From the human T2T-CHM13v2.0 reference genome, Homo sapiens: a DNA stretch of 64,000 nt. Positions 1 through 14,000 of the stretch are shown piece after piece. A model generated the notes under the pieces. It did not search any database and was not told the origin of the DNA. It worked only from the letters and a program-made list of their open reading frames with translations. The position numbers and the translations under genes are program-made. Each line of letters starts with the position of its first letter. Position 1 is the first letter of the stretch. The stretch is from NCBI RefSeq assembly GCF_009914755.1, contig NC_060945.1. One strand, written 5' to 3'.

Positions 1-340
1 AGCCATGAAAAAGGTGAATTTATGTCCTTTGCAGGGACATGGATGAAGCTGGAAACCATCATTCTCAGCAAACTATCACAGGAACAGAAAAACCAAACAC
101 CACATGTTCTCACTCATAAGTGGGAGTTGAACAATGAGAACACATGCACGCAGGGAGGGGAACATCACACACTGGGGCCTGTCAGAGGGTGGGTGGCTAG
201 GTGAGGGATAGCATTAGGAGAAATATCTAATGTAGATGATGGGTTGATGGGTGCAGCAAACCACCATGGCATGCGTATACCTATGTAACAAACCTGCAAG
301 TTCTGCACATGTATCCCAGAACTTAAAGTATAATAAAATA
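1..340 (+). mobile_element. L1PA (approximately L1PA7/8) ORF2 end and 3' UTR, cut by the window edge
   Basis: Translates to MSFAGTWMKLETIILSKLSQEQK (L1 ORF2 C-terminus). Typical 3' UTR '...gcagcaaaccaccatggc...gtatcccagaacttaaagtataat'. Confidence 0.92.
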
Positions 341-343
341 TAC

Positions 344-347
<4 letters not shown>

Positions 348-382
<35 letters not shown>
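348..382. repeat. (TA)n microsatellite at the L1 tail
   Basis: Direct (ta)n run. Confidence 0.95.
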
Positions 383-385
<3 letters not shown>

Positions 386-994
386 TTAGATGGAAACATG
401 GATTAGTAAACAAATTTATATCTTTTATAGTTTCGTCATACTACAAACAAAAACTATTTCCAGAATTTTGACTAATTAAAGGTACTGAGAATAAAATTTC
501 ATTTTACTGCAAGAAAAAAAAAGAACAGCTACTAACCATGGTGCCAAGGATTTCAATCCAAGGTTTTCAATGATGATATTAAAAGCATAGGAAACAGTGA
601 AGCAGAGAAGCAGCTTGGTTGTGGACTTATTTTGTTTAAGGTTATAATACATATATTAGCCATTTTATATTGGATGCTTACAAGATTTAAGATATATTTA
701 CTACTACTTCACTGAATTTTCAGGAAGAAAAACTGATGCCTCATCTTATAAGGTATTGACTGTTATCTAGGTCTAAATATAATTAAATTCTATTTTATAA
801 TGTTTAAGGTTCAAGTAGTAGAATATTATCATGGATTTCTTCTGGTAGTTAAAACAACGCAACTCTTTTAAGACAGAGCCATTTTATACATAATTACGGT
901 TTTAAAAATCTTAATTTTGATCTACCACAGACATGTATTTTTACTAGTATGAGTTCAATAACGCAGGAAGTACCACCAATGTTTCTTTTTTAAA

Positions 995-2985
995 AAACAA
1001 TGATTGACATGTAATAATTATACATATTTATGGGGCACAGCATGATGTTTTGGTACATTTATACTTTGTGTACTCATAAAACAGGGTAATTAGCATTTCT
1101 ATCATCTTAAACATTTATCATTTCTTTGTGATGAGAACATTCAAAATGTCTATTCTCATTATTTTGAAATAGGCAATACACTGTTGTTAGCACTAACCAT
1201 CTTACTATACAATGGAGCACCAGAGCTTCCTCCTCCTATGCAACTGTAATTTGGTATCCATTGACCAATCTCTCTCTAGCCCTCTGGTAACTACTGTTCT
1301 AGTCTTTACTTACATGAGAACTACATTTCAGATGCCTCATATGAGTGAGATCATATGATATTTGTCTTTCTGTGCCTGTGTTATTTCACTTAATATAGTG
1401 TCCTTCCAGTTAATCCATGTTTACCACAAATGACAGAATTTCATTTTTTTTTTCTATGGCTGAATAGTATTCTATTGTGTATACATACCACATTTTCCTT
1501 ATTCATTTTTCAGTTGAGGGACATATTGGTTGATTCCATATCTTGGCTATTACGAACAGTGCTGAAATAAACATAGGAGTGCAGATATCTTTTTGACATA
1601 CTCATTTCATTTCATTTGGATATATACCCAGTAGTGGGATTGCTGGATTACATGGTAGTTTTATTTTTAATTTCTTGAGGGAAATTTAATCTGTTTTCCA
1701 TAATGGCTGTACTAATTTCCACTCCCACCAGCAGTGTGTAAAAGTTGTCTTTTCTTAGCAACTTCATCCATACTTATCTTTTAATGTTTTAATGGTAGCC
1801 ATTCTAACTTGAGTGAGGTGATATCTCATTATAGTTTTCACTTAAATTTTTCAGATGATTAGTGATGTTGAGTATGTTTTTTTCATATACCTGTTGGCCA
1901 TTTGTATGTCTTCTTTCAAGAAATGTCTGTTCAGGTCTCTTGATTATTTCTTAATCAAGTTATTTGTTTATTTGTTGTTGAGTTGTTTAAATTCCTTATA
2001 TATTTTGGATATTAACCCCTTACTAGATGTATGTTTTGCAAATGTTTTCTTCCATTCTGTAGGTTGTCTCTTTGTTCTGTTGATTGTTTCCTTTGTTGTG
2101 CAAACACTTTATAAGTTGATGTAATCTCATTTGTCTATATTTGCTTTAGTTGCTCGTGCTTTTGAGGTTTTCTCCAAAAAGTCCTGTCCTAGACTAATGT
2201 CATTAAGATTTTTCGTTTTTTTTTTTTCTTTTTTTGCTTTTAGGTGTTTTATTTAGCTCTTTAATGTATTTTGAGTTAATTTTTATATATGGTGAGAGAT
2301 AAACAACTAATTTCATTCTTTTGCCTATGGATATCCAGTTTTCACAGCACCATTTATTGAGGAAGCTCTCCTGTCCCCATTGTATGTACTTGGCACCTTT
2401 GATAAAAAATCAATTGGCTGTAGATGTGTGGATTTATTTCTGGGATCTCTATTCTGTTTCATTGGTCCATATGCCTGTTTTTATGCCAGTACCATTTTGT
2501 TTTGGTTATTATAGTTTTGCAGTATTTTTTTTTTTTTTGAAGTCAGGTAGTGTGATGCCTCCAGCTTTGTTTTTTTTTTTTTTGGTTTGTTTTTGCTCAA
2601 TATTGCTTTGACTATTTGGGTATTTTGTGGTTCTATACAAATATTATGAATTGAAAATAATTCCTATGAAGAATGTATGTCACTGGCATTTTGATATGAA
2701 TTGTATTAAATCTATAGATAACTTTGGATAGTATGGACATTTTAACAATATTAATTCTTTCAATACATGAAAATGAGATATTGTACCATTCTTGTGTGGT
2801 CTTCAATTTCTTGCCTCCATATTTTATAGTTTTCATTGGAGAGACATGTCACCTCCTTGGTTAAATGTATTCCTAGTTTTTTCTTTTGAGGGGTTTTGGT
2901 AGCTATTATAAGTGGGATTGCTTTCTTGATTCCATTTTTAGGTAATTTGCCATTGGTATGTAGAGATGCTGTTGATTTTTCTTTT
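995..2985 (-). mobile_element. Old L1 (L1MA-like) 3' UTR plus ORF2 fragment
   Basis: Antisense L1 motifs 'tatatacccagtagtgggattgctgga' and 'gaagtcaggtagtgtgatgcctccagctttg'. The minus-strand ORF at 2633-2836 gives [10 protein letters not shown]...IYRFN (ORF2-like). Confidence 0.88.
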
Positions 2986-3420
2986 TGGAAAGATTGATTG
3001 TGGCATGATATTTGGGAAAGTGGTAATTGTTTTATTTATTGTGTCTAAATTTTCCATGAAGTTTCTTCTTAAACTTTTTCCATGCCACACCATTCATAGA
3101 AAGTGAAAATGCAAGGCAGATCAGAAGAAATGTAGCAGGCATTTCAAGACCAGTGGTGACCTATTGAGGGGTTCATTCACCCCAGTTACCATCTTGAGAG
3201 TTTAGGGTTTTCTAATGTATGCTTCATTTTAACTAATTGCCACACTGGGTTGTAAGCTGTGCTTGGAATTACCATTGGTCAATGAAACCAGACACATGGG
3301 AATTATCCTTAATTCCTCCTCCTTTCTCACTGTCATTCTTAGCAAACCACCTAGACCTATTTTGAATCTCTTTCCTTCTATACTCTTATCTCTTGTCCTG
3401 GTTCATTGTATCCCCAAATA

Positions 3421-3530
3421 CTAATGATATATAATATAATTAATATGCTATATGATTACTATAATACAATTAATATAATAAATATGATTATATAATAAAA
3501 TATGATTAATATAATGTAATATGATACATT
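3421..3530. repeat. AT-rich low-complexity degenerate tandem repeat
   Basis: Repeated (taatat/atgatta)-like units. Confidence 0.7.
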
Positions 3531-4734
3531 GGAAATCTCTCTTTGAATGGGGAGATATTTATCAGGAGCTAGGTATGAAGTGGAAAAGTGATTGATAGGT
3601 TGCTTCTGTACCTTGTGCCAACCTTTGCTATTCCAGGAATTCAGGACTCAATATAATTGAGAAAATGGGCAGATGGGATTATTTCCATTTAATTTAACAT
3701 TTGACTCAAATTTTTTGCTCATTGCTATAATTGCACTGTTGTATGGTTTAAAATGCTTCATGTGCTTCCCACCTCCCTAGAACTATGAGTTTCTGATCTC
3801 CAATTCTGTAACTTATTCACATTTATATATCAAGCACATGCCATAATTTCTAAGTCAGAGTAAGAGCTTACTTTTTAAGTCATTAAATGAATAAATTTTT
3901 TGGATCAATAATGTATAAGTCACCTTTAAAATAAACAGTTCCAGGCATGCAAGTATGAGTAAGACACATATTTTTACTCTAACAGTGGAGGACATGAAAA
4001 GGGGATAGGTAGGATGTGTATTACATACACACAAAAAAAAACTTGATAAGTGATATGAAAGAAATACATTAAGTAGTATGAGAGGGATCATGGCCATATT
4101 TGCAGCTTAATTTAGAATGCCTGTTCACGCTGACAGACAAAGCCCTAAAGTTAACACCAAATGAGCTTCTTTCAGGACACCATGGTGCTCCGGACTCTAG
4201 ATCTTTCATTCATCATCAAGTTCTAAAAAATATTTTGACAGGTTGGATCTATAATAAGGTGAATTTAGTAAGGCAGAATTTAATAACGATAAATGAAAAC
4301 CTGCATGCACTCAAGTGCAAAAATCAAAGGAGTAAGAAAGCTTTACATGTTTTTTGACTCTTAGCTCAATACAAATCAACAGTGGTTCAGTTTTTAAAAA
4401 ACTTTATAAATATAAACTTCATTATTTCCAGAGTATCTACAATAAGACAGATAAAATTTCCCTCTCTACCTTGTACATGTAGGAATTCACCAAATGCATG
4501 AGTACTTTATTGATTTATTATTTGTTTAATTTATATCCTGCCCAATTTCCAAAATGATTTGAAGCAACTACCTTGGCCTCATTTTGTATAAAGCTTTCAG
4601 ACAAAACAAAACTTGTAGAAAAGTATAGAAAAACTAGAAAAAAATCTAATTTGATGTTTTAAAGGATCTAAAACACTATTTTCACAGCTGTGTAACATTA
4701 GCAGCAATTAATAATTTAGCAATACATTTTATTT

Positions 4735-4950
4735 TTCACTGAATAAATTCATTAAGCATTTGTTAAATGCCTACTATGTACCAGATACACTATTAGATTT
4801 TGGGGATTCAATGGGAAAAGATAAAATGATAAGAAAAAAATCTTCCTTTTGTTTATAACACTCATGATCTAGCTGAGAAAAAGACAATCCAATGATCTCA
4901 GGAATAAACGTGTAATTGCAGACACTTATTAATTGCTATTATATGTCCTG
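4735..4950 (-). mobile_element. L2 3'-end fragment
   Basis: 'attcattaagcatttgttaaatgcctactatgtaccagatacac' resembles the antisense L2 tail. Confidence 0.55.
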
Positions 4951-5024
4951 AGAAGGACAACTATAACTCTGGAATTGTGCTCTGAAGGCATAACCAATGA
5001 GAAGTATTAGATTAAGCAAAGGTG

Positions 5025-5382
5025 TGATGTGGTTTGGCTCTGTGTCCCCACGCAAAACTCGCCTTGAACTGTCATAATCCCCACATGTCAAGGGCAGAAC
5101 CAGGAGGAGGTAATCGGATCATGGGGGCAGTTTCTCCCATGCTGTTCTCATGATAATGAGTGAGTCTCACAAGATCTGCTGGTTTTATAAGTGTCTGGCA
5201 TTTCCCTGCTTGCACTCATTCTCTCTCCTGCCACTCTGTGAAGAAGTGCCTCCTGCCATGACTGTATGTTTCCTGAGGCCTTCCCAGCCATGGGAAACTG
5301 TGAGTCAATTAAAACTCTTTTCTTTATAAATTACCCGGTCACAGGTGTTTCTTCATAGCAGTGTGAGAATGGAGTAATAGGA
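5025..5382 (+). mobile_element. THE1 (THE1C-like) MaLR 5' LTR
   Basis: Starts tgatgtggtttggctctgtgtcccca, contains 'gtgagtcaattaaa' and ends near 'gagaatggagtaata'. Confidence 0.9.
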
Positions 5383-6787
5383 GTGAACTGGTACCACAGG
5401 GAATGGGGTGCTGCTATAATGGTACCTGAAAATGTGGAAGCGACTCTGAAACTGGGTAACAGGCAGAGTTTGGAACAGTTTGGAGGGCTCAGTGGAAGAT
5501 AGGAAGATGTGGGAAAGTTTGGAACTTCCTAGGGACTATTGAATGGTTTTGATCAATATGTTGACAGTGAAATGGGTAATGAAGTCTAGGCTGAAGAGGT
5601 CTCTGATGGAGATTAGAAACTTATTGGGAACTGGAGCAAAGGTGATTCTTGCTATGTTTTAACAAAGAGACTGGCAGTGTTTTGACCCTGCACTAGAGAT
5701 TTGTGGAACTTTGAACTTGAGAGATGATTTAGGGTACCTAGCAGAATACATTTCTAAGCAGCAAGGTGTTCAAAGGGGGACTTCAGTGGTCTTAAAAGCA
5801 TTAAGTTTTATTCATTCATAAAGATATGGTTTGGAATTGGAACTTATGTTTAAAAGGGAAGCACAGCAAAAAAGTTCAGAAAATTTGCAGCCTGATGATG
5901 CGATGGAAAAGAAAACCCCAATTTCTGAGGTGAAATTCAAGCCAGCTGCAGACATTTGCATAAGTAATGAGGAGCCAAATGTTAATTTTCCAAGACAATG
6001 GGGAAAATGTCTCTACTGCATGTCAGAGGTCTTTACAGCAGCCCCTCCCATTACAGGCCTGGAGGTCTAGAAGGAAAAAATGGTTTCCTAGGCTATGTCC
6101 ATGGCCTCTCTGCTGTGTGCAGACTTGAGACTTAGTGCTCTGTGTCCCAGCTACTCCAGCCATGGCTAAAAGGGACCAATGTAGAGCTCAGGTCTTTGCT
6201 TCAGAGGGTGCAAGGCCCAAGCCTTGGCAGCTTACACGTGGTATTGGGCCTATGGGTGCACAGAAGTCAAGAATTGAGGTTTGGGAACCTCTGCCTAGAT
6301 TTCAAAGGATGTATGGAAATGCCTGGATGTCCAGGCAGAAGTTTGCTGTGGCAGTGGAGCCCTCATGGAGAACCTCTCCTAGGGCAGTGTGGAAGGGAAA
6401 TGTGGGGTCAAAGCCCCCATACATAGCTTTTGTTTCTCTTTTTTATATTTATAACTAAAGTTTACACAGTCTATTTTATCAATGATGTCTAGTAAGACAA
6501 TGAATGAATACTCTTTCAGGATAAGTACTAACTCCCTACTGGGGCACTACCTAGTGGAGCTGTGAGAAGAGGGTCGTCCTCCAGACCCCAGAATGGTCTA
6601 TTAACCAACAGCTTGCACCGTGTGCTTAGAAAAGCCACTGACACTCAACACCAGCCTGTGAAAGCAGCCTGGAGGGTCTGTACCCTGGAAAGCCACACTG
6701 GCAGAGCTTCCTAAGGCCTTAGGGGCCGTCTCTTGCATCAGCGTGCCCTGTAGGTGAGATATGGAGTCAAAGGAGATCATTTTGGAA
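5383..6787 (+). mobile_element. THE1 internal region, 3'-truncated with no 3' LTR, interrupted at 6423-6535
   Basis: THE1-int motifs 'cctgaaaatgtggaagcgac' and 'aagtcaagaattgaggtttgggaacctctgcctagatttc'. Ends at 'ggagtcaaaggagatcattttgga'. Confidence 0.88.
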
Positions 6788-8196
6788 TCAGATTCTTTAG
6801 GCTCACTCCTGATACACATTGTGTTAGCATGATGCTAATAAAATTTTATTCTGTTATGATATAATTTATGTCCTATGGAGCAGTGTATTTGAAATAGTTC
6901 TAAACTAGAACTGAAAATGTCTGGTTTTTAGTCTTGCTTCTGCCATTAAAGAGTAAATGTATCTTGGTACTCATTTTACTACCTCCAGAGATTTTAAAAT
7001 TAGGTTAATGTTCCATTCATTTTTAATATTCCTCTAAGCCATACCTCTCATATTTTAACCCCCTAAGTAAATGGTATGGGGAAAGAAAACTTATGTAATC
7101 CACGTTTCAGTTAGGAAATACATTTTCTAATATTAGATTAAATATAATTAAAACAATAATAAAATATTTGAAAACAATAAAATGATTCAATAGTAGAATA
7201 AGCAAAAATCAGATATAGAATGATAAGGCAACCCCAAAACAGGTTGAATAAAATCAACCTGAACAAAAGCAACAGTGACTTATATACTAACTTGAAAAAT
7301 TATAATCAGCTACAGAAATCTGAATAAATTGAATTATAGTAATTAACTTGACAGTATAATCTCAAGAAAATAGAAAAAAACCCATGAGTATAATCAAGTC
7401 TAGATGTCAGATAAACAAGTAGCAAAATATTTTTTTAAAAGCTATGTATTTTTCCCTACCGATATTCCCAAATTAATGTCTAAATGAATGCAAATGTTTA
7501 TATTCCTTGTTGAAGGATTTTTGCTTATCACTGAAATGTAGTCACTTCTACAATGAAACCAAACTTCATTATTCAAAAACACAAATGTAAATGAACTAAT
7601 TACCAAACATCAAATCCAAATTGTATATTTTACAAGAGGTTTAGCAATCAACTGAATTCAGTTGGTAGTCAACAGGAGTTAGTACTTATCCTGAAAGAGT
7701 ATTCATTCACTGTCTTATTAGACATCATTGATAAAATAGACTATGTAAACTTTAGCTATAAATATAAAAGAGAGAAACAAAAGCTATTTAATACTTTCAG
7801 CATTTAAGAGTGAAGTCAGGCTTTGCTGCAAAGTAGAAACTTGGTCTGGAAAAAGAAACATTGTTCTTGAGTTGAATTGCTAGACATCAAAAAGTACTTA
7901 CATGTCATGGCTGACCTTGCTGGTTTAGAATAAGAAACATCTCTTGAAGATATTTCCCAAGCATTTCTCCTCCTCCAGTTACTTACTTGACTCCTCCCTC
8001 AATCACTCCTGCTGCCCACGAACTTCATTAATAAGAGTAGGAACCACGAACTTTCTACCTTGCAACTTCTTCAGAGACAGTATCAAAACAACAACCCATT
8101 TACACCTCCAACCAACTTGTGTATCACCACAGAATAGTCTCAGGAATTAAGAGTGTCCACTGTCAGCTACTTGAAGAGTTAAAAATGACTACTGTT

Positions 8197-8532
<336 letters not shown>

Positions 8533-9486
8533 CTACTGTTCTTTCAGCATTCATTAATAAGAGTAGGAACTATTATTTGGATGAAAATTAACTTAGAATT
8601 TGCTGAAAATGAGTATGGGACACCTATTCTCTGGCAACACTTTGCTATAATTGTGTCTGAGTTAGTGAATGAGGTGGATATGGGCCCCGACCTTAGGAAG
8701 TTTTAGTCTACTTGGGGAGAGTCACATAGCCTAGGATGTAACCTGTTAAAGGGATGCTTTGTCCCCACTCTTGATGTTTCCATTCCGGTGGAGGGAAGTC
8801 CAAAGATATAATGCTTTTAGTTTCATTTTGCCTTTAAGAAATGGAGTGCTTTTTTTTTCAAGTAGGTAAATTAACAACAATAAAAACAAAACAACTGGGC
8901 ATGCTTGACTTAAAGTACATCTCCTTTATAGAAAGAAACTTACATTCTTGACTTTTCTGCAGTACCAAGTTGCCTGCCAGGGATACCCACCCCTGCCTAA
9001 AGTCAGGTGGCTAAATTTACTCAATCCTGTAGTCTGCTGGTCTCTCATACAATGCTAATACGTCAAACTAGTACTACTGATGATGAAGGTAATACTTTCC
9101 CTCTTTTATTATCATTTTGCTTTTTAAATGTTCTCAATTAGTTCAGTGCCTGGTCAAGAGAGAAAAAAATCATACATTGAGATCCCTCAGAAACCCACAA
9201 CACAGCCAAAATGTGAGAATGGGTAAGTGGAAAGAATATGCATTATCCTAACTCTTTTAATACTTACTACTTCAGTGCACATTGTTCTGATAAGAGGATA
9301 AAGTAAACACAGATAAGGTTAAAAATCACAATTTCCCTGAAAAACATTAACTGCATTACCAAAAATCCTATAATCCCTAGAAATTATCATGTCCATTTAT
9401 GATTCTGGCTTAATTTTGAAAAGGGGAGAATGAATAATAGGCTATTCCTACTATAGGATCTTTGCCAATCAACCTATGATAAACTG

Positions 9487-9514
9487 ATAAATAAATAAAT
9501 AAATAAATAAATAA
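9487..9514. repeat. (TAAA)n
   Basis: Direct run. Confidence 0.9.
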
Positions 9515-10815
9515 TATTTAAATGAGACAGGTTACTGTCATTTAGGTCAAGAGCCAGAAGAAGACATGTGGTTATACATGCTTGAGAAATCTAGACAAAA
9601 TGGCTCTAAGGAATAGTTGATTAAAAACTTAAAATACAAAACCATTCTAGTATTCAGTTTTCGATCAGTTTTAAACTTCAACTCTATTACAAGGAAGTAA
9701 CTTATAAAGCAGATCTTTCTTTTTTGTTTTTGCTGCCACCAAAAAAAATGTGGATGTGTGGATATTAAACTCACCTGACTTCATCATCTCTCTATAATCC
9801 AGGATACACATAATATACTGAGCTATTAGCAAGATCACAATACATGTTTTTGAACTTCATCCACCTATATCATAATAAAAACTTGTAGAGTAGGTGGGGA
9901 GATTGGAATCGAAATGCCATAGCTAATTTGGTAAAGAAATGATACACGGTTCTAGTATCTGTTAACAGTAAAAGTTTTCCCATACCAAAAACGCCATGTT
10001 ATGTAAATATGCACATTGTACTTTTCATTATGCAGTCCTTCAAAGGGTAATAATTTGCTAATGTTATTTCAACTTTCTGCAGGCCTTTTGGTATGAAAAG
10101 ACTAAAAATTACAGGACACAAGCATTCATTAAATGGATATATTTTACTCTAGAAAGTAATAAAAGGAATTACAAACATTTAATTTTTCTCCTTTTCACTT
10201 GAAGCTATTTTTTTAAAGAAATTTAGAACAATATTTTTATTCTATAATTCTTGAAGAAATTGTTTTTTGAAAACAAATCCACTGTAATACAGAACTAAAG
10301 CAAATTTTAGTTGATAAAATAATGTGGGCTCTAGTCCAGATATACATTTTTTTAAAAGTGAAAACTAAGTTAATCTATAAACTTGTTAAGCAAGAAGATC
10401 AAGAAGCGCAAGAGCCCGAAATTGAAATGCCTTAACAATCAGTGAGGTGACTTAAATCACTGAACTGGGAATTATATTGGACAACTGGTAACCATGGGGA
10501 TTTTGTTACATCAAAGTAAAGGTCCTGTCTGGAGATATTGCAGGCTGTGTTGCTACAGCTTCTTGAGTTACTTCAAAATAGTTGAAAACTCAGCTTTTAT
10601 ATCAAGTTTCTTAATTTTTAAAACTGGCTTTGTTTGCTGAATCCAAGAGCACACAAATGAGTCTGTGGTTTAGTTTAGCCTTTGGATCCACCACTTAGAA
10701 ACTGTTATGGTAATTGAAGTCAGGAAGGACCCAGCCTCTGAGATCCCTGAGTTGGGGGATGAAGAGAAAGGAACCAGGCTACTAGGTAAACTAGGTATCC
10801 TGGTAAACTCTAGAC

Positions 10816-11071
10816 CAAGCTTGTCCAACCCACAGCCGGAGGGCTGCATGAGGCCCAAAACGGCTTTGAATGTGGCCCAACACGGCTTTGAATGTGGCCC
10901 AACACAAATTTGTAAACTTTCTTAAAACATTATGAGAATTTCTTGCGATTTTTTTTTTTTTTTTTTTTTTTAGTTCATCAGCTATCGCTAGTGTTACTGT
11001 ATTTCATGGGTGACTCAAGACAATTCTTCTTCCAATGTGGCCCAGGGAAGCCAAAATACTGGACACCCCTT
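10816..11071. mobile_element. MER30 hAT-Charlie non-autonomous DNA transposon
   Basis: Runs caagcttgtccaacc...ggctttgaatgtggcccaacacaaatt...cagggaagccaaaatactggacacccc, matching the recalled MER30 consensus. Confidence 0.88.
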
Positions 11072-14000
11072 GAGAGGGAAGGAAAGCCATCCAGACACAG
11101 CCGTGATGGTGTTCCAGCTGAAAAGGCTGCAGAGAAGGCTTTCACAACTATTGGCAATTTCTGATCTTTGGGGATATTTCTGCTACAGTGTAGTAAGTTA
11201 CTTGTTTGATTCCACCAGGATAGGAGTATTATCAAAATCCACAGCCACCCTCAGTTCTTAGAAACTCAGATGCCCTTGAATGCAGGCATTTACAGAAAAG
11301 AGAATGAGTCATTTGTATAGATGGAGCTATTTACTGGATGTTATCATTTTTAATGCCATAGTACTCTCTATTTTCTTTCCTCTTACGTTCTCATTATCAA
11401 GTTTTCCTTTGGCACCTATTTCTCCAGATGCTAACAGTGAATACAATTTTCCTACCCAAAAATTTCTTTCAATTTTTGGGTAGGAACAAACAGACATGAA
11501 TATAAATAACAGCAGGGGTAGTTTGCTCTTAAAGATGTTCCCCGGGTGTTTCTTTCTTGGAGGACGCTATAATTGTCCAATTTAACTCTGTTAGCATTTT
11601 GGAGAATAACAGATACATAGAACAGATATCCTTATGGTAGAATTATCTGAGTGCAAATTTGTTTAACGGCAAACATTTAGTCAGTAATTCATATGGAAGC
11701 TAATATTTTCCATGGCACTCAGACACAGACAGCCAGTGAACGGAGGGCACCTGCCATTACATTCATTCACTCAAATACATTCTATTTGACCACACTGTCT
11801 TCCTTTTGGTGAGGATTTGACTAAGAATAACATTTCTGGTTCCTTTGGAGCACTCAGTAGAGACACATTATTTTTTTGTTTACTTATTTTCCTTTTGGGC
11901 AGTTGGATCAATAGGCACATGATCGATTTCTCCCAAGACTGTGCACTCTTGGGTGGAAATGAAATTATATAGAAAGAAAAGATTCAAATAAAAAGCAAGG
12001 AAAAGATCCCCTAAGGGTACAGGGGAGGGGAAAACAAATTTTCTGTCTAGAAGCTTAAGCATGTTTGACACACACACACACAAAAATAGAGAAAACAGTG
12101 ATATGCAGAGAAAAGATGACATCTGTTGCTCATAGTCTACTGAAAAATGTGTGACAAATATCTGTACAACAGTCCTCATGGAGGTCAAATTCCCTGTCTC
12201 TTCAAAATTCCGTTTCTATGTATCCTTTATCTTATACACTTAGGGAAACAGTAGTGAGTTCTTATATGGTTTTCCTCAGAAGGAACTTCACTTCCGGACA
12301 TGAGCTTTAATTCTTCTAAAAGCCGTCAGGGATTCAGCCATCATGAAAAGGTCTTCAATCATGCACCTCATTGGGCTTCTTTATATCCTGTTTTTAGGAG
12401 AAAGACTTGTAATGTCTTCCTAAATGTGACACTAGCAATGGAAGGAACATAAACTTTGGAAGAGGAGAAGCAAGAATACCACTCATTGGAATATTTTTTC
12501 CTCTCTCCACAAATGATTGCTTTTTGTTGCCTTCACGAGATCTTTTTTTAACTATAATTTAGGGATTCTCATTTCATTCAACTTCTAGCCTTTCAGATAT
12601 ATTCCTGTCTACTTCCATTTCTATTAGCTACCATCTGGCTCTGCTGCTACCAGGATTATAGTCAGTTATATTGGAAATAAATATATTTGTCATTATAATT
12701 TTACTATGGCAGCTTTCTGCACCTAAACATTCTGCACACAATTGTGCAGGTGCACACACACATAGACACACACAGAAACCCCACGTTATCTCCCACCCAC
12801 CCTTTACGATTTTCTATTATGTAATATACTCTGCTTCCTCCTTCAAGATTTCCTTAAGAAGTGAATCAGTTCTGGAAGGCTGAATGATCTAAGTGTCATC
12901 ACCACTTTCTCTTAATTGAATAGTATCAGCCATAGCCAACTACATGACACATTCTTCTGTAAGAGACAATAAGTTCAGTTAGCGGAATCCTAACATATAT
13001 GTAAATGAGGGGACAATTCATAGGATGCCAATTGTTCCACCTGCTGTAAGTTTAGTGAGTGGTGCACAGTGCTTCCTCTATTAGGGTGTTGTTAGTTAAA
13101 ATTCTATTGCCCTTTCCTTACGTTATTTTGAAATTTACTTGCAAATGGATTATAACAGTTCCCAAAATATGAATCCAGGAACATATGCTCATTCACTAAT
13201 TTGCTCCAGTCTCAGTGGAATTTATCTAATTGTCCTCAGAATCTGGCCTTCTCAGCCTAACTTACATGTGGCTCTGCTTGGCAGTGATGAACTCAGCGTG
13301 TGACCCATTGAACGGAGGGCACCTGCCATTACATTCATGGCAGTGGCCGACTAATGAATATTGCCAGAGCAAAAATCATCTTTAATGATGGATCTCAAAA
13401 TACATTTTCATGTTTCCAGTAGCTTCTGTTAAAATTCTTCATTGTCAATTGCAGATTGAGAACAAGGGAACACAAGCCTCAGAAGAGGGTACACTAAGTG
13501 GAACTGCAATTAGGAACAAGCACAGCAGACAAAAAGGAGAGTCACGGCCACCTGCAGACAGCATGTCAGGAAGAAGCTGCCACTGAAAAAGTTAGGAAGC
13601 AAATGCTTGGCTGACATTGCAGTACCAGCAAATGTACACGGATTTTTCCCTGTAACTATCCATCCTTTATTGTAACTATCAAATTAGCAAGTGTGTTAGA
13701 GAGAGTGCCATGCTCCCGGAAAGGGGCAATCATTTCTTCTTCTCTCACTCATATTCCTGGTTGACAGTTCCCTAGGGGGACAGTGGAAGTAAATTTAGAC
13801 CTGCCCTGATGGAGGCGAGTCAGCTCATTAGCCGCTGCCATCACAGCACTTTCCCTTCAGCTCACAGATGGAGACAAGGGCTCTTTGAAGGCGATTCTGA
13901 GGCAACTTCGCATGGAACGGCATAAGTGGGGATCCTGTAAAGTGTCGTTTCCCTGGAAACCAAGTGTAACAAATACGCTGTTTTCATCAGTTCAGGATGC

